Source of the DNA: an uncultured delta proteobacterium
GTDB taxonomy: Bacteria; Desulfobacterota; Binatia; DP-6
DNA: 64,000 nucleotides
Direction of reading: 5' to 3'
Assembly: GCA_963815115.1 (NCBI GenBank)
Contig: CAWFFN010000008.1
Coordinates: 1-64,000, forward strand
Part shown: one piece after another, positions 28,345-40,437 of the stretch
Layout of the letters: each line of letters opens with the position of its first letter
How positions within the stretch are numbered: position 1 is the stretch's first letter
Notes under the pieces: generated by a model
What the model was told of the DNA's origin: nothing
Databases searched by the model: none
Seen by the model: only the letters and a program-made list of their open reading frames with translations
Program-made: the position numbers and the translations under genes

Positions 28345-31300
28345 ATGTCGAGGTTCTTCATCGAAAGGCCGATCGTAGCGATCGTCATCGCTATCTTCTT
28401 CGTGATCGGCGGCGCCGTGATGGTGTTCCGGCTGCCCGTCGCACAGTTCCCCGAGATCGCGCCGCCCCAGATCCAGACGACCGCCATGTACACCGGCGCC
28501 GACGCGATCACTGTGGAGCAGTCGGTCGCCACGCCGACCGACGCCCAGGTGAACGGCGCCAAGCGCATGATCTACATGCAGGCGATCTCCGGTAACGACG
28601 GCACGATGACGCTGCAGGTCTCGTTCGAGACCGACACGGACATCGACATCGATCAGGTGCAGGTCCAGAACCGCCAGGCGCAGGCGCAGGCCAATTTGCC
28701 CCAGGCCGTGAACAACTACGGCCTCTCGACCATCCAGACGGCGGGCATCCCGCTGCTCGTCTTCACGATCACCTCGCCGAACAAGACGTGGGACCAGACC
28801 TTCCTGTCGAACTACGTCGTGATCAACGTCCAGGACGAGCTCGCCCGGGTGCCCGGGATCGGCCAGGTCCGCATCTTCGGCGCGGCGAACTACGCCATGC
28901 GCGTCTGGGTCGCGCCGGATGCGATCGCGAAGCTGGGGCTCACGGTGACGGACCTTGTGAATGCCATCTCGGCGCAGAACGTCGTGAATCCCGCGGGCAC
29001 GATCGGGGGTGAGCCGGCACCACAGGGACGCAAGTTCACATACACGGTGCGCGCCCAGGGGCGCCTGATGAGCGCCGAGGAGTTCGGGGACATCATCGTG
29101 CGTGCGAACGCGGACGGATCGCTCGTCCGCTTGAAGGACGTCGCCCGCCTCGAGCTCGGCGCCGAGAACTACACCCAGCAGGCATACGGCAACGGTGCCC
29201 CGGCGACGCTCGTCGGACTCTACCAGGTTCCCGGGTCGAACGCGCTCGATGCCGCCAATCGCGCCAAGGCGACCATGGCCCGCCTGGCCGAACGTTTCCC
29301 CTCCGACATGCACGTCGACCTGACGCTCGACACGACCACCCCCGTGACCGAGGGCGCGAAGGAGATCGCCATCACGCTGCTCGAGGCGGTCGGGCTCGTC
29401 ATCCTGGTCGTTTTCGTCTTCCTCCAGAACTGGCGGGCCACGCTCATCCCGATCCTCACCATTCCGGTCTCCCTCGTCGGCACCTTCCTGTTCTTCCCCA
29501 TGCTCGGGTTCACGATCAACCAGCTCTCGCTCCTTGGGCTCGTGCTCGCCGTCGGCCTGGTCGTGGACGACGCGATCGTGGTGGTCGAGGCGATCGAGGC
29601 GAAGATCGAGCAGGGCCTGTCGCCGCGCGATGCGGCGCTCCAGGCGATGGACGAGGTGAGCGGCGCGCTCGTCGGCATCGCCCTCGTACTCTCCAGCGTG
29701 TTCATTCCCGCCGGCTTCGTCGCCGGCATCACCGGGTCGCTCTACCGGCAGTTCGCGCTCACCATCGCGTTGTCGGTCCTGATCTCCGCCTTCAACGCGC
29801 TCACGCTGAGCCCCGCGCTCGGCGCGCTCATCCTCCGTCCGCGGCGCAAGGACGCACGTCGCGGACTCGCCGGACGGTTCTTCAACGGGTTCGATCGCGC
29901 CTTCACGTCGGTGCAGACGGGCTACGTCCGGGGCGCGCAGTTCCTCATCCGCAAGGTCGGGGTCGCGCTGCTCGTGCTCGTCGCGTTTGCGCTGCTCGCG
30001 GGCGGTCTCGGCAAGACCCTGCCCACGTCGTTCATGCCCCAGGAGGACCAGGGCTTCTTCTTCATGAACGTGCAGCTTCCCGAGGCCGCGTCGATGCAGC
30101 GGACGAACGCCGTCATGCGCGAGATCGACGAGATCCTGAAGGCCGAGCCGGGCGTCCACTACGTCAACGCGGTGTCCGGGTACAGCCTCCTCTCGCAGAC
30201 GGCGAGCCCGCGCAACGGACTGTACTTCGTCCAGCTCACACCCTACGACGAGCGGGCGACGCGGGGGCTCCAGGCGGACGCGATCGTCGCCTCCGTGAAT
30301 CGGAAGGTCTATGGGCTGCCCGAGGCACAGGTGTTCGCGTTCCTCCCGCCCGCCATCCCCGGTGTGGGCCAGGCCGGCGGTGTCGACTTGTTCATCCAGG
30401 ATCGCGCCGGCAAGACCGTCGACTACCTCTGGCAGAACACGCAGCGGTTCATGGCCGAGCTGCACAAGCGACCCGAGATCGCGTTCCTGGCGACGACGTA
30501 CGCGCCCGCCGTGCCCCAGCTCTTCGGGCGCGTCGACGAGGAGCGGGTGTTCAAGCTCGGCGTCCCGATCCAGGACGTGTACACGACGCTCCAGGCGCTT
30601 CTCGGCGGGACCTATGTGAACCAGTTCAACCGGTTCGGGCGCGTCTGGCGCGTCTTCCTCGAGGCCGAGCCGCAGTACCGGACGGATCCGAGCGATCTCA
30701 GCCTGTTCTACGTGCGCAACCAGCACGGCGACGCGCTCCCGGTCTCGACGCTGGTCTCGCTCGAGAAGTCGTCTGGTCCCGAGTACTCGAACCGCTTCAA
30801 CGGGTATCGCGCGATCGAGGTCATCGCGATCCCGGCGCCCGGCTACAGCTCGGGTCAGGCGATGGCCGCGGTTGCCGCCGTCGCCGATCAGGTCCTGCCC
30901 CGCGACATGGGCTACGCGTGGAACGGCATGAGCTATCAGGAGTCGATCGCGGGCAGCGGCGCCGCCGTGTTCGCCCTGTCGCTGGTCCTCGTCTTTCTCA
31001 TCCTGGCGGCGCTCTACGGAAGCTGGTCGCTCCCGTGGAGCGTGCTGCTCAGCACGCCGGTCGCGGTCGCGGGCGCGTTCTTCGGCATCTGGGCGCGCGG
31101 CCTCGAGAACAACGTCTATGCGCAGGTCGGGCTCCTCATGCTGATCGGCCTGTCGGCGAAGAACGCGATCCTGATCGTCGAGTTCGCGAAGGCCGAGCTC
31201 GAGAAGGGCGAGTCGATCGTCGACGCGGCGCTGAAGGGCGCCCGCCTTCGACTTCGCCCGATCCTCATGACGTCGTTCGCCTTCATCTTGGGCCTGTTCC

Positions 31301-31527
31301 CGCTCTGGAACGCGCTCGGCGCCGGAGGGGTGGCACGCCAGGTGATCGGCACGGTGACGATCGCCGGCATGGCGTTCTCGACCGCCATCGCGATCTTCCT
31401 CGTCCCCGTCCTCTTCGTGGTCGTCGAGCGCATGTCTCACCGCGGGCAGCCGCGCTCCGCAGAGGCCGAGACGCCGGCACGCCCCGCGGCGCCTGGTCCG
31501 CTGCCCGTGCGGGAACGCGCGAGCTGA
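28345..31527 (+). CDS. RND efflux permease, HAE1/AcrB family
   Basis: [45 protein letters not shown]; 1060 aa. Confidence 0.95.
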   Translation: MSRFFIERPIVAIVIAIFFVIGGAVMVFRLPVAQFPEIAPPQIQTTAMYTGADAITVEQSVATPTDAQVNGAKRMIYMQAISGNDGTMTLQVSFETDTDIDIDQVQVQNRQAQAQANLPQAVNNYGLSTIQTAGIPLLVFTITSPNKTWDQTFLSNYVVINVQDELARVPGIGQVRIFGAANYAMRVWVAPDAIAKLGLTVTDLVNAISAQNVVNPAGTIGGEPAPQGRKFTYTVRAQGRLMSAEEFGDIIVRANADGSLVRLKDVARLELGAENYTQQAYGNGAPATLVGLYQVPGSNALDAANRAKATMARLAERFPSDMHVDLTLDTTTPVTEGAKEIAITLLEAVGLVILVVFVFLQNWRATLIPILTIPVSLVGTFLFFPMLGFTINQLSLLGLVLAVGLVVDDAIVVVEAIEAKIEQGLSPRDAALQAMDEVSGALVGIALVLSSVFIPAGFVAGITGSLYRQFALTIALSVLISAFNALTLSPALGALILRPRRKDARRGLAGRFFNGFDRAFTSVQTGYVRGAQFLIRKVGVALLVLVAFALLAGGLGKTLPTSFMPQEDQGFFFMNVQLPEAASMQRTNAVMREIDEILKAEPGVHYVNAVSGYSLLSQTASPRNGLYFVQLTPYDERATRGLQADAIVASVNRKVYGLPEAQVFAFLPPAIPGVGQAGGVDLFIQDRAGKTVDYLWQNTQRFMAELHKRPEIAFLATTYAPAVPQLFGRVDEERVFKLGVPIQDVYTTLQALLGGTYVNQFNRFGRVWRVFLEAEPQYRTDPSDLSLFYVRNQHGDALPVSTLVSLEKSSGPEYSNRFNGYRAIEVIAIPAPGYSSGQAMAAVAAVADQVLPRDMGYAWNGMSYQESIAGSGAAVFALSLVLVFLILAALYGSWSLPWSVLLSTPVAVAGAFFGIWARGLENNVYAQVGLLMLIGLSAKNAILIVEFAKAELEKGESIVDAALKGARLRLRPILMTSFAFILGLFPLWNALGAGGVARQVIGTVTIAGMAFSTAIAIFLVPVLFVVVERMSHRGQPRSAEAETPARPAAPGPLPVRERAS

Positions 31528-31621
31528 TGATCCGGAAAACGCGCGCTGGCGCGGCGGCGCAGGCTGGCCGCGCTCCCGGGCGCTATGGGTGCAATCATTG
31601 CGGGGGTAGAAAGGCTTGGAT

Positions 31622-33055
31622 ATGAAACCGGACGAGAGACCTTCGGAGTCTAGAGGTGCGGTCGTCCTCGCGCGCCTCCTGGCCACCGCCGCCGCCGGCG
31701 ATACGCTCATGCGCGACCTCTATCTCGGTCGGGCGAGAGCGTTGCTCGAGCCGATCTGCTCCGAGGCACGCTACCGCAGCGCCCAGGACAACCGAATCGC
31801 GGTGAATCGCCTGTTGGCGCAGAGCCGGACGGCGGTTGGACGGCAGGACTGGGTTCAGGTGGAGGAGCTGGCGACCCGGGCCGCCCAGCTCCGGAGCGCA
31901 CTCGCCGCCCAGGAGGATGCGCTGGTCGCGGCCGAGGAGGTCTATGGCGCGCATCCCGTCGGGCTCGACCCCTTCTCGCGCGGCCTCGCCCAGTTCGCCA
32001 AGACCGACGGGGCGCACGCCCTGAGCGAGACGCGCGCGGCCCTCGAGCGGCTGGCCCGCGACGACCCCGAGCAGCATGACCTTTACGTCGCGCGAAGCCG
32101 CGCCATCGCCGCGTTGGCTCCGGCGGCAGGTGCTGCCGAGGAGGCCCCCCAAAAGCAGGGGCTGAGCACCGAGCGGCGGGCACTGGCCGCGGTGGAGCGA
32201 GGTGACGCGGCGGAGCTCGCGCGGCTGGCCCAGACCATGCGGGCGGCCGCAGACCGGAAGCAGGCGGGTGCCGCCGCGCCCGGCGCCGCCCGGCGCCTGG
32301 AGGCGCCGGCGGTGCTCTCGCAACCGTATCCCGAGGCGTGTATCGCTCCGGCGCGCGCGCTCGGGCTCGAGCAGGTCGAGTTTCGCGAGCCGTCCCGTGA
32401 CTTCACGGCAAGGATCCGAGCGTTCCTCGAGACGTATGCGTGGGCCGCCTCGGCCGCGACGCTCGCGCTGGCACACGAGGGCGTCGCCCAGCTGCGCGCC
32501 TCCATCGACGCCCTGCCGGCGATCGAGGATTCGAACGCCGACGTGCTGGCCGAGACGGTGTCGCTGTTCGCGCTCCACGTCTTCATCAACTCGGCGGGCA
32601 TCCGGTACCTCCCCATGCTGAGCGAGCGCGAGTTCGTGCTCCTCGAGACCCACGCCGAAGGCGACGACGTCCCGTCCGGTCTCCTGCGTGCCCTGGGGCT
32701 CGAGCGGAGGCACGCGCTGGCGCGGGACGAGATCGAGCTCGCTCTGCTCCGGCACGGCGGCGACGTCGTGGGACGCATGGGGCTCGATCCCCGCGCGGCC
32801 CGCATCGTCTGTGTCCCGCCCGACGTCTACATGGGTGTGGGACCGAGCCGCGGGTGGGGGGCGCGGGAGGAGTGGACGCACTTCGACGGCTACCAGGTGC
32901 GGGAGAAGGGGCGGCTCCTGGCGTTGGTCGGCGGCAACGCCCGCTTCGGCGGGATCGCCGACCTCTGCGGCATCAGCTCCTCGGACGCGCGTGACAACAC
33001 CGTGGTCCGGTTGGCGGTCGTCCGCCGCGAGCGGCTCGCGACCGGCCTCCTGTGA
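31622..33055 (+). CDS. Hypothetical protein (helical N-terminus, conserved-looking C-terminal domain)
   Basis: About 477 aa with typical codon bias; motifs HVFINSAGIRYLP, WTHFDGYQV, ALVGGNARFGG. No family recognised. Confidence 0.75.
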   Translation: MKPDERPSESRGAVVLARLLATAAAGDTLMRDLYLGRARALLEPICSEARYRSAQDNRIAVNRLLAQSRTAVGRQDWVQVEELATRAAQLRSALAAQEDALVAAEEVYGAHPVGLDPFSRGLAQFAKTDGAHALSETRAALERLARDDPEQHDLYVARSRAIAALAPAAGAAEEAPQKQGLSTERRALAAVERGDAAELARLAQTMRAAADRKQAGAAAPGAARRLEAPAVLSQPYPEACIAPARALGLEQVEFREPSRDFTARIRAFLETYAWAASAATLALAHEGVAQLRASIDALPAIEDSNADVLAETVSLFALHVFINSAGIRYLPMLSEREFVLLETHAEGDDVPSGLLRALGLERRHALARDEIELALLRHGGDVVGRMGLDPRAARIVCVPPDVYMGVGPSRGWGAREEWTHFDGYQVREKGRLLALVGGNARFGGIADLCGISSSDARDNTVVRLAVVRRERLATGLL

Positions 33056-33074
33056 CTCGAACAGGCGGGGCGGC

Positions 33075-33204
33075 TGGCCATCCCGTTTCGCGTGCAGGCC
33101 TCGACGTCGTCTGGCGGCAGTTCGCCGTGCTGTTCGGGATCGGCGCGGCGCTGTTCGCATACGCGCTCGCGCGCTTCCGCGCGACGATCGGCACGATGGT
33201 GTGA
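33075..33204 (+). pseudogene. ABC-2 permease (YhhJ-like) C-terminal remnant
   Basis: AGLDVVWRQFAVLFGIGAALFAYALARFRATIGTMV*. Confidence 0.55.
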
Positions 33205-33245
33205 GGCCGTGGCGTGACGCTCGCGGTGGTGCAAGGAGGTCATTC

Positions 33246-33336
33246 ATGGCGAAGACGATGGAGGCGGCCGTGGTCCGCGCATTCGGCACGCCGCTCACCA
33301 TCGAAGAGGTGCCGATTCCGACCCCGGGACCCGGCG
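33246..33336 (+). pseudogene. adhP: Zn alcohol dehydrogenase N-terminal remnant
   Basis: AGGAGG RBS plus [30 protein letters not shown], then similarity ends abruptly. Confidence 0.65.
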
Positions 33337-33393
33337 CTCGAATTCGAGGATCGCTTGGGCGGACCCGCCGCCCATCCGACGGCTCGTCAGATC

Positions 33394-33518
33394 TGCCGAC
33401 GCCTCGGCACGGCGACCTCCGACGCGTGCCGGCCTCGGGCGCACGGTCGGTTACAAATATCGCGTATCCGTGCCGTCCTTCCGCTCTGCTCCGATTCGGC
33501 TACGGCACGGCGATTGCG
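33394..33518 (+). promoter_or_regulatory. Enhancer palindrome and sigma54 promoter of xfp
   Basis: TGCCGA-N4-TCGGCA at 33394-33409; CGGCACGGCGATTGCG at 33503-33518. Confidence 0.65.
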
Positions 33519-33642
33519 AATGGTGGAGAGCACCGCTCGCGGCGGTCGCATACGACCAGCGAGACAAGCTGATCACCCGTTTCACGGATGTTCGTCGCGA
33601 ACGGCTGGCGACCCGACGGCCTCGATCTCGAAACGAGGAGGC

Positions 33643-36060
33643 ATGATGAGACCCAAAACAGATCCCCTGTCCGCTGATGAGCTGCGCAAGATGAACGCCT
33701 ACTGGCGTGCGGCCAACTACCTGTCGGTCGGCCAGATCTACCTCCTCGACAACCCCCTGCTGAAGGAGAAGCTCGAGCGGGCACACGTCAAGCCACGCCT
33801 CCTCGGCCACTGGGGGACTACGCCGGGGCTGAACCTCCTCTACGTCCACCTGAATCGGGTCATCAAGAAAAACGACCTGAACATGATCTACGTCATCGGT
33901 CCGGGACACGGTGGCCCGGCGCTGGTTGCCAACGCCTACCTCGAAGGCACCTACAGCGAGGTCTACCCCGGCATCAGCCAGGACGCGGACGGGATGAAGA
34001 AGCTGTTCAAGCAGTTCAGCTTCCCCGGCGGGATCCCGAGTCACGTTGCGCCTGAGACGCCCGGCTCAATCCACGAGGGCGGCGAGCTGGGCTACGCACT
34101 CTCGCACGCCCACGGCGCCGCCTTCGACAACCCGGACCTCATCGTCGCCTGCGTCGTCGGCGACGGAGAGGCCGAGACCGGCCCGCTGGCGACGGGCTGG
34201 CACTCGAACAAGTTCCTGAACCCGGCACGCGACGGCGCGGTGCTGCCGATCCTCCATCTCAACGGCTACAAGATCGCCAATCCGTGCTTCCTCGCCCGTA
34301 TTCCGCGGGACGAGCTGCAGAGCCTATTCGAGGGGTACGGCTACGCGCCGCATTTCGTCGAAGGCGACGAGCCGGAGAAGGTCCATCAGCAGCTGGCCGC
34401 CACGCTCGACGCGGTCGCGGCCGATATCAAGCGGATCCAGCTCGACGCGCGGACGAAAGGCGTCACGAAGCGGCCGGCCTGGCCGATGATCGTGCTCCGC
34501 ACGCCGAAGGGCTGGACCTGTCCGAAGGAGATCGACGGCAAGAAGTGCGAGGGCTACTGGCGGGCCCATCAGGTGCCGATGGCCGACATGGACACGCCGG
34601 GACACGTGCAGATCCTCGAGGGGTGGATGAAGAGCTACAAGCCGGAGGAGCTGTTCGACGCGGCAGGCCGGCTCGAGCCCGAGCTCGCCGAGCTCGCCCC
34701 CGGCGGCCACCGCCGCATGAGCGACAATCCGCACGCTAACGGGGGGCTCTTGCTGAAGGATCTCAAGCTTCCAGACTTCCGGAGCTATGCCGTCGAGGCG
34801 GAGACCCCCGGGGCCGCCACGGCCGAGGCCACGCGCGAGCAGGGGCGGTTCCTGCGCGACGTCATGAAGCTCAACCTCGACAGCAGGAACTTCCGCCTGT
34901 TCAGCCCTGACGAGAACAACTCGAACCGCTGGCAGGACGTCCTCGAGGTCACGAACCGCTGCTACATGGCCGAGATTTATCCCGACGACGACCACCTGAG
35001 CCCTGACGGGCGCGTGATGGAGGTGCTGAGCGAGCATCAGTGTCAGGGCTGGCTCGAGGGATACTTGCTGACGGGCCGCCACGGCTTCTTCAGCTGCTAC
35101 GAGGCGTTCATTCACATCATCGATTCGATGTTCAACCAGCACGCCAAGTGGCTGAAGGTGTGCCACAATATTCCCTGGCGCCGGTCGATCGCGTCGCTCA
35201 ACTACCTCCTGTCGTCCCACGTCTGGCGTCAAGATCACAACGGCTTCAGCCACCAGGATCCCGGCTTCATCGATCACGTCGTGAACAAGAAGGCCGAGGT
35301 CATTCGTGTCTACCTGCCGCCAGACGCTAACTGCCTCCTGAGCGTAACCGACCACTGCCTGCGCAGCCGCGACTACGTGAACGTGATCGTGGCTGGCAAG
35401 CAGCCCGCGCCGGTGTGGCTGACCATGCAGCAGGCGATCGCGCACTGCACCGCCGGCGTGGGCATCTGGGAGTGGGCGAGCAACGACAAGGGAGGTGAGC
35501 CCGATGTCGTGATGGCCTGCTGCGGCGACGTGCCGACGCTCGAGACGCTGGCCGCGGTCGACATCCTTCGCCAGCACGCGCCGGAGGTGAAGATTCGGGT
35601 GATCAACGTCGTCGACCTGATGAAGCTCCAGCCATCGAGCGAGCATCCGCACGGCCTGAGCGATCGCGATTTCGACGTGCTCTTCACGAAGGACAAGCCG
35701 GTCATCTTCGCCTTCCACGGCTACCCCTGGCTGATTCACCGGCTGACCTACCGCCGCACGAACCACGCCAACGTGCACGTGCGCGGGTACAAGGAGGAGG
35801 GTACGACCACCACCCCCTTCGACATGGCGGTGCGAAACGACCTGGATCGCTTCCACCTGGTCTCCGACGTCATCGACCGGCTGCCCCAGCTCGGGTCGCG
35901 AGCGGCGTACGCGAAGCAGGCGATCCGGGACAAGCTGATCGAGCACGAGCAGTACATCGCCGAGCACGGCGATGACATGCCCGAGATCACCGGCTGGAAA
36001 TGGGGTGACCAGGGAACCGCTGGTGCGAGGAGCTCATCGACCGAAGGGGACAACGTCTAA
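33643..36060 (+). CDS. xfp: Phosphoketolase (XFP family)
   Basis: [61 protein letters not shown]; GAGGAGG RBS. Confidence 0.95.
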   Translation: MMRPKTDPLSADELRKMNAYWRAANYLSVGQIYLLDNPLLKEKLERAHVKPRLLGHWGTTPGLNLLYVHLNRVIKKNDLNMIYVIGPGHGGPALVANAYLEGTYSEVYPGISQDADGMKKLFKQFSFPGGIPSHVAPETPGSIHEGGELGYALSHAHGAAFDNPDLIVACVVGDGEAETGPLATGWHSNKFLNPARDGAVLPILHLNGYKIANPCFLARIPRDELQSLFEGYGYAPHFVEGDEPEKVHQQLAATLDAVAADIKRIQLDARTKGVTKRPAWPMIVLRTPKGWTCPKEIDGKKCEGYWRAHQVPMADMDTPGHVQILEGWMKSYKPEELFDAAGRLEPELAELAPGGHRRMSDNPHANGGLLLKDLKLPDFRSYAVEAETPGAATAEATREQGRFLRDVMKLNLDSRNFRLFSPDENNSNRWQDVLEVTNRCYMAEIYPDDDHLSPDGRVMEVLSEHQCQGWLEGYLLTGRHGFFSCYEAFIHIIDSMFNQHAKWLKVCHNIPWRRSIASLNYLLSSHVWRQDHNGFSHQDPGFIDHVVNKKAEVIRVYLPPDANCLLSVTDHCLRSRDYVNVIVAGKQPAPVWLTMQQAIAHCTAGVGIWEWASNDKGGEPDVVMACCGDVPTLETLAAVDILRQHAPEVKIRVINVVDLMKLQPSSEHPHGLSDRDFDVLFTKDKPVIFAFHGYPWLIHRLTYRRTNHANVHVRGYKEEGTTTTPFDMAVRNDLDRFHLVSDVIDRLPQLGSRAAYAKQAIRDKLIEHEQYIAEHGDDMPEITGWKWGDQGTAGARSSSTEGDNV

Positions 36061-36091
36061 GAGGCGAACCGGAACGCAACTGAAGGTCAGC

Positions 36092-36255
36092 AATGGACGC
36101 AACCCCGCCAAGCGACCGGATCCGGCCATCTCTGGGCCATCGGCTACGACGACATGGAACGTGCCGATCAGGTCAGAGACAAGATCACCACGCTCGGTTG
36201 GGGCGGACCGTACTTCCAGCTCTCGGACGTGTCGGTCGCTGTGAGACATTCCAGC
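36092..36255 (+). pseudogene. DUF1269-like membrane protein N-terminal remnant
   Basis: After a frameshift, HLWAIGYDDMERADQVRDKITTLGW...LSDVSVAVRH. Confidence 0.45.
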
Positions 36256-36950
36256 GGAGAATGACCTGCCACTGTTCGCGCTGGCGGAGCTGGCCGTCGC
36301 CGCCCGGGACTCCGTTCCCGCCGCCGCCGACCGGTTGCGGCAGCCGGGCGCCGCCGGCGTCGCCGACTGGGTCCAGAGGCTGCTCGAACGAGGCGGCACG
36401 ATGCCGACGCCGCGCCGACTAGCCATCGCGCTCGGCACCGCCGACGACGGCACGCCGGCGGTTTTATCGGCGAACGGGAGAACCTGCTCGTCAGCGGCGA
36501 TCGCCCTCCGGTAAGTCGTGGGTCGCCGGGCTCGCCGCCGAATGCCTGCTGGAGGCGGGGTATCGCGTGTGCCTCTTCGATGCCGAGAGCGATCACCTCG
36601 CGGTCGGGCATCGGCCCGGTGCGATGAGTCCTCGGCAGGGAGATCAGCCTCCCGGCGGCCGACGACGTCGGGACGGTGCTCGCCGACGCCGGCCTGAGCA
36701 TCGTCCTCGAGCTCACGTCGCTGCCACTGCCGAACAAGCGCGAGTACGTCGCCCGCGCCTCCGCAGCCTCGCTGCCGAGCGGGGCCGGTCGGGCCTGCCA
36801 CACTGGATCGTGGTGGACGAGGCGTACTACTTCTTCGGCGCCGGCGGAGCGTCCTCTGCCGACGCAGTCGCCCAGACGGGCACCACCGTGCTCGTGACGT
36901 ATCGCGCGAGCCTCATCGCACCGGACCTGCTCGACTCCATCGACGCGTTC
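36256..36950 (+). pseudogene. Degraded HAD (Cof-like) plus P-loop fusion protein
   Basis: Multi-frame fragments ENDLPLF..AELAVA, NLLVSG...GKSWVAG...GYRVCLFDAE, LPHWIVVDEAYYFF. Confidence 0.55.
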
Positions 36951-37079
36951 ATCCATCACCGCGTCGATGCTCTTGTAGGCGGTCGGCCTCTCGTCCAGCA
37001 CGCCTCGGTCCTTGCGGCACTCGACACCGCGTAGCGCCTCGGTGTGCTCACCGAGGCTGATCGTCTCCTTCGCCTTCAT
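36951..37079 (-). pseudogene. rtcB: RtcB RNA ligase C-terminal fragment
   Basis: AKETISLGEHTEALRGVECRKDRGVLDERPTAYKSIDAVM. Confidence 0.65.
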
Positions 37080-37160
37080 GCGCGAGAGCCGCCGACGAGG
37101 CTGCGTGCTGGGCGACCTGAACCTCCCGCTTCCCCAGTCCCCATCACACCGGGCGCCAAA

Positions 37161-37706
37161 CTAACTCGGTGATGACGAACGACTCGGGCGAGGGATTCCG
37201 AGAGCCTGAGCGATCTGCTCGAACCCCAGGTCGTCCCGAAACGGCGCGAGAACCTCTGGCAGCACGCCTCGTAAGCTTGCCTTCTGCCACCCGCCCACCT
37301 GGGCATGCCGCTCTCTCACGTACGTCGCCGGCAGAGTGTAGACCTCCGGGGCGGCGCTGCCCGTCGATCCGTCCTTCCCACGGAAGAACGCACCGATGTT
37401 CAGGAAGACGACCACAAGGAAGTCGAAGGCGTCGAGCGACTCGCGCTTCACCGGGAACCCGCGGTCGGAGTCGCTCTGGTAGCGACTCTTCACCTGGACC
37501 CGCACCTGACTCCGCTCGTCGCCCTTGGGTTGGTGCCTGGGGTCGGGATGAATGCAGATGAGGTCGTACCCTTCATTGTTTGGCGGCGCCTTGTAGGCGA
37601 GTATGTTCCGTCGCATCAGATTCCCCATCACGAGGTACTCGGCGCCGAGCGATACGACCGGAAGACGCAGGAAGGACCGTTTCTTCCCCTGGTTCGTGGC
37701 GCCCAA
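37161..37706 (-). CDS. PD-(D/E)xK restriction-endonuclease-like protein
   Basis: GAEYLV...GYDL...VQVKS catalytic pattern; start codon uncertain. Confidence 0.6.
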   Translation of the reverse strand: MGATNQGKKRSFLRLPVVSLGAEYLVMGNLMRRNILAYKAPPNNEGYDLICIHPDPRHQPKGDERSQVRVQVKSRYQSDSDRGFPVKRESLDAFDFLVVVFLNIGAFFRGKDGSTGSAAPEVYTLPATYVRERHAQVGGWQKASLRGVLPEVLAPFRDDLGFEQIAQALGIPRPSRSSSPS

Positions 37707-37869
37707 GGGTACAGCGATGCAGGCGGTCTGGGCCACACATCCGACGGCGCGGGACACGACGTGCTGTCGAGGTGCTACACTGCGGTACAAACCAGCGCAG
37801 AGGTTCGTTGCCAACCGTGCCCGTCGATGGTCAGTTCCGCTGGCACTGCCAATCCCTACGGTTCCACCG

Positions 37870-38000
37870 CTAGGTGCGCCGTCTTGACGGTGGCCCTCCG
37901 CGACCGGCCGCCGCCGGCGGGATGTGCTGGAGGTAGACGCTCGTTGTGTGCAGCGTGCGGTGCCCGAGTAGCTGCTGGATCGCGTTCGGCGACGTGCCGC
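37870..38000 (-). pseudogene. Tyrosine recombinase C-terminal remnant
   Basis: IQQLLGHRTLHTTSVYL. Confidence 0.55.
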
Positions 38001-38076
38001 TCTGCGCTGGCGACCGTGCACCCGTGCGTGAACCCGCCACCCCGCGGCGCAACCTCGGCACCGACCAGGTGGCAGT

Positions 38077-39072
38077 TCATCCGACGCCCGAGTAGGGCAC
38101 ATGCACACGGGCAGCCGCCTGGCGCACGGCAGCCTCACCGCGACGATCGTATCTCGCCGTTGTCGCCGGGCTCGCGTGCCCCAGTAGCGCCTGCACCGTG
38201 GCGAGGTCCACGCCGGCGTCGAGGAGGTCGCCCGCGAGCGAGCGCCGGCAGTCATGCGGCGAGAAGGCTGCGACCCCAGCGCGCTCGGCGAGGTAACGGA
38301 GGCGGTCGTAGACGGTTTGCTCGGTGAGCCGCCGGGACAGCACGCGCCCGCGGCGGTCGACAGGCAACAGCAGCGGGCCGGGTTCTCGGCCGCGCACCCG
38401 TAGCCAGGCGTGCAGCGCGTCGCGCGCGCCGTTGCTGACGAACACAGCGCGTTCCTTGTTGCCCTTCCCGATGACGCGCAGGCGGCCTGCCTCGGCGTCG
38501 TAGTCGGCGAGGTCGAGCGCCACCAGCTCGGCGCGCCGAAAGCCGCCGGCGTAAGCGAGCGCGACCAAGGCGGCGTCCCGCTCGCGGATCGGCGACGGTG
38601 CGTGCCCGATCTCGCGGAAGAGGCGACGCCACTCCTCCGTCCCGACGGCACGCCCCCGGGGCAGCCGCGAGCCCCGCGCGCCGCGCACGGCGCGCGCCGC
38701 CTGGTAGCTGGCCGCGTCCATCAGCCCGGCTCGCCAGGCGGCGTGCAGCGTCCCCCGGAGCGCGGACACGACTCGGTTCACGGTCGCTGGGGCCGCCTGG
38801 TCGGCGAGCTGGGCGCGAAGGGCGTCGACCAGCTCGGGCGTCAACTTCCACCACGCCACCGCCCGCGGGTCATCCACTCCGAGCAGGCGGGCGAGCCGAA
38901 CCAGCGCTGCCGCCTGTGCCCGCCGGCTGCCCGGCGCGAGCCCGGCCACGTAGCGCTCGGCTGGCGACCGGGTGCCGCGCGGCAGCTTAGCGACCAGGTC
39001 GTCGGCACGTGCGCCTGGCACGAGCGCGCGGGGAGGGTTGATCGGACGATGGGGAGGTCGGAGCATCGTCAT
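38077..39072 (-). CDS. Tyrosine recombinase (XerC/D, resolvase-type)
   Basis: Full catalytic set: GFRRAEL, GKGNKER, HDCRR, LLGHA, TARYD. Confidence 0.92.
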   Translation of the reverse strand: MTMLRPPHRPINPPRALVPGARADDLVAKLPRGTRSPAERYVAGLAPGSRRAQAAALVRLARLLGVDDPRAVAWWKLTPELVDALRAQLADQAAPATVNRVVSALRGTLHAAWRAGLMDAASYQAARAVRGARGSRLPRGRAVGTEEWRRLFREIGHAPSPIRERDAALVALAYAGGFRRAELVALDLADYDAEAGRLRVIGKGNKERAVFVSNGARDALHAWLRVRGREPGPLLLPVDRRGRVLSRRLTEQTVYDRLRYLAERAGVAAFSPHDCRRSLAGDLLDAGVDLATVQALLGHASPATTARYDRRGEAAVRQAAARVHVPYSGVG

Positions 39073-39090
39073 TGAGAACGGCCATTCTCA
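39073..39090. promoter_or_regulatory. Inverted repeat abutting the recombinase start (putative crossover/autoregulatory site)
   Basis: TGAGAA-CGGCCA-TTCTCA: 6-bp arms around a 6-bp spacer. Confidence 0.45.
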
Positions 39091-39577
39091 TAGACTTGCC
39101 ACGCTAGCGCGCCGCAGACCGGGCACCCGAGGCCTATGACGGGCGGGGGGCGGTGATGTGGACATCAGACAAGACCAAGGCGGTCGTGTTCGAGGGAGTG
39201 GTGGAGGCGTTCACGCTGTGGTCGGCGGTGCCCACGGCCCGTCCCCGCCGTCGGGACGGCAAGCCGAACAAACCGCTCACCGCGTTCACGATCAGCATCG
39301 AAGACGCGTGACCCCCGCACTGGCCGAGCCGCTGCTCGTAACGGCTGACCCCAGAGTGCTGCGCCGATGCCCTAGGCGGCGGACACATCAACGTGCCCAC
39401 GCCGTGGCCGAACCGCCCGATGTTCATCGGCTTCAAGCCATTCCCGCCGGAACAGGAGTGGCGGGACTATACCGAGCTTGCCGCCGTGCGGACGCTGCCA
39501 CGCGACCAGCCGCTCACAGCCGCCGAACTCCGCGCGCACGGAGTGCGACTCCGCATGCTCCCCTTCGAGGGTTCATT

Positions 39578-39970
39578 GTGAAGTCAGCCGCTCCATCCGC
39601 CCCTACGTCGCGAACCCCGGCAGGAAGGCTGGACCTGGTCAGCGCGGCGTCACGCAACGGCGTACCCGATGGCCGTGCAGCAGGCGCCGGTGGCGCGCTC
39701 CAGGGACAGAACCGCCGCGCCTTGCTCGCCGATCTCGCCATCATGCGTCGGCGGCTCTCGGATGACGAGCTACACGTGCTGCTCACGATCGCGCTCCGGG
39801 CCTGGGCCGGGCAGAGCCGCTATGGCTGTCTGCGACTCGCCGACGATCGGCGCGACTTCCGCCAGGAGGGGTTCGAGGAAGCGTGCGACGCGGCCTTCTA
39901 CCTCGCCGCGGGCCTCGTCGGGCCTCGGAAAGGCCGGGGGCGCGCCCGTGCGAGGGGCGCTGGTGGCTGA
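39578..39970 (+). CDS. Phage-type small helical protein, MazG-like/dNTP pyrophosphatase-like
   Basis: GQSRYG.L...DRRDF..EGFEEACDAAFYL acidic EExxD motif. Confidence 0.4.
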   Translation: MKSAAPSAPTSRTPAGRLDLVSAASRNGVPDGRAAGAGGALQGQNRRALLADLAIMRRRLSDDELHVLLTIALRAWAGQSRYGCLRLADDRRDFRQEGFEEACDAAFYLAAGLVGPRKGRGRARARGAGG

Positions 39971-40437
39971 ACAGCGACATCCTGACCTCGATGCACTGTT
40001 CGCTGATGCTGGACGTGCAGCGGAGGTTCCGGGCCGGGGGCCGACAGGACCATGACCAACACGCCCACGCCCACCAGGAGCGGCCCCACGACGAGCGCCA
40101 TGACGCCGCTCACGTCCACCACCCCGGCCACCAGCATGTTGCTGCCGTTGGTGGTGGTAGGCGTCATGACCAGCAGCGCGACCGACCACAACGGCGACCA
40201 GTACCACCACAACCGCCCGCTACTCGTCGCCGAGCCCTGGGGTGCCAAGGGCGGCACGCTCGCGCAGGCGGTGGGGAACCCTCGGCGTGGTGAACAGACG
40301 GCTGGTAAAGGCGACGGCCAGCGGCGTCCTGGGACGCGCTGTTTACGGTCCGGCGATGCTCGGCCCCGGCGCGCTACCGATGCTCCTGGTGCGCTCCGCA
40401 CAGTGACCTGCCCGAAACCGGGGGGGACGGAGTAGCG

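Noticed and set aside
28261-31710. 1149-aa minus-strand ORF
   Set aside because: Antisense shadow of the RND permease.
34324-35967. 547-aa minus-strand ORF
   Set aside because: Antisense shadow of phosphoketolase.
37161-38651. 496-aa ORF as one protein
   Set aside because: Only the last ~180 aa look protein-like; the upstream part is an alternate frame of the recombinase.
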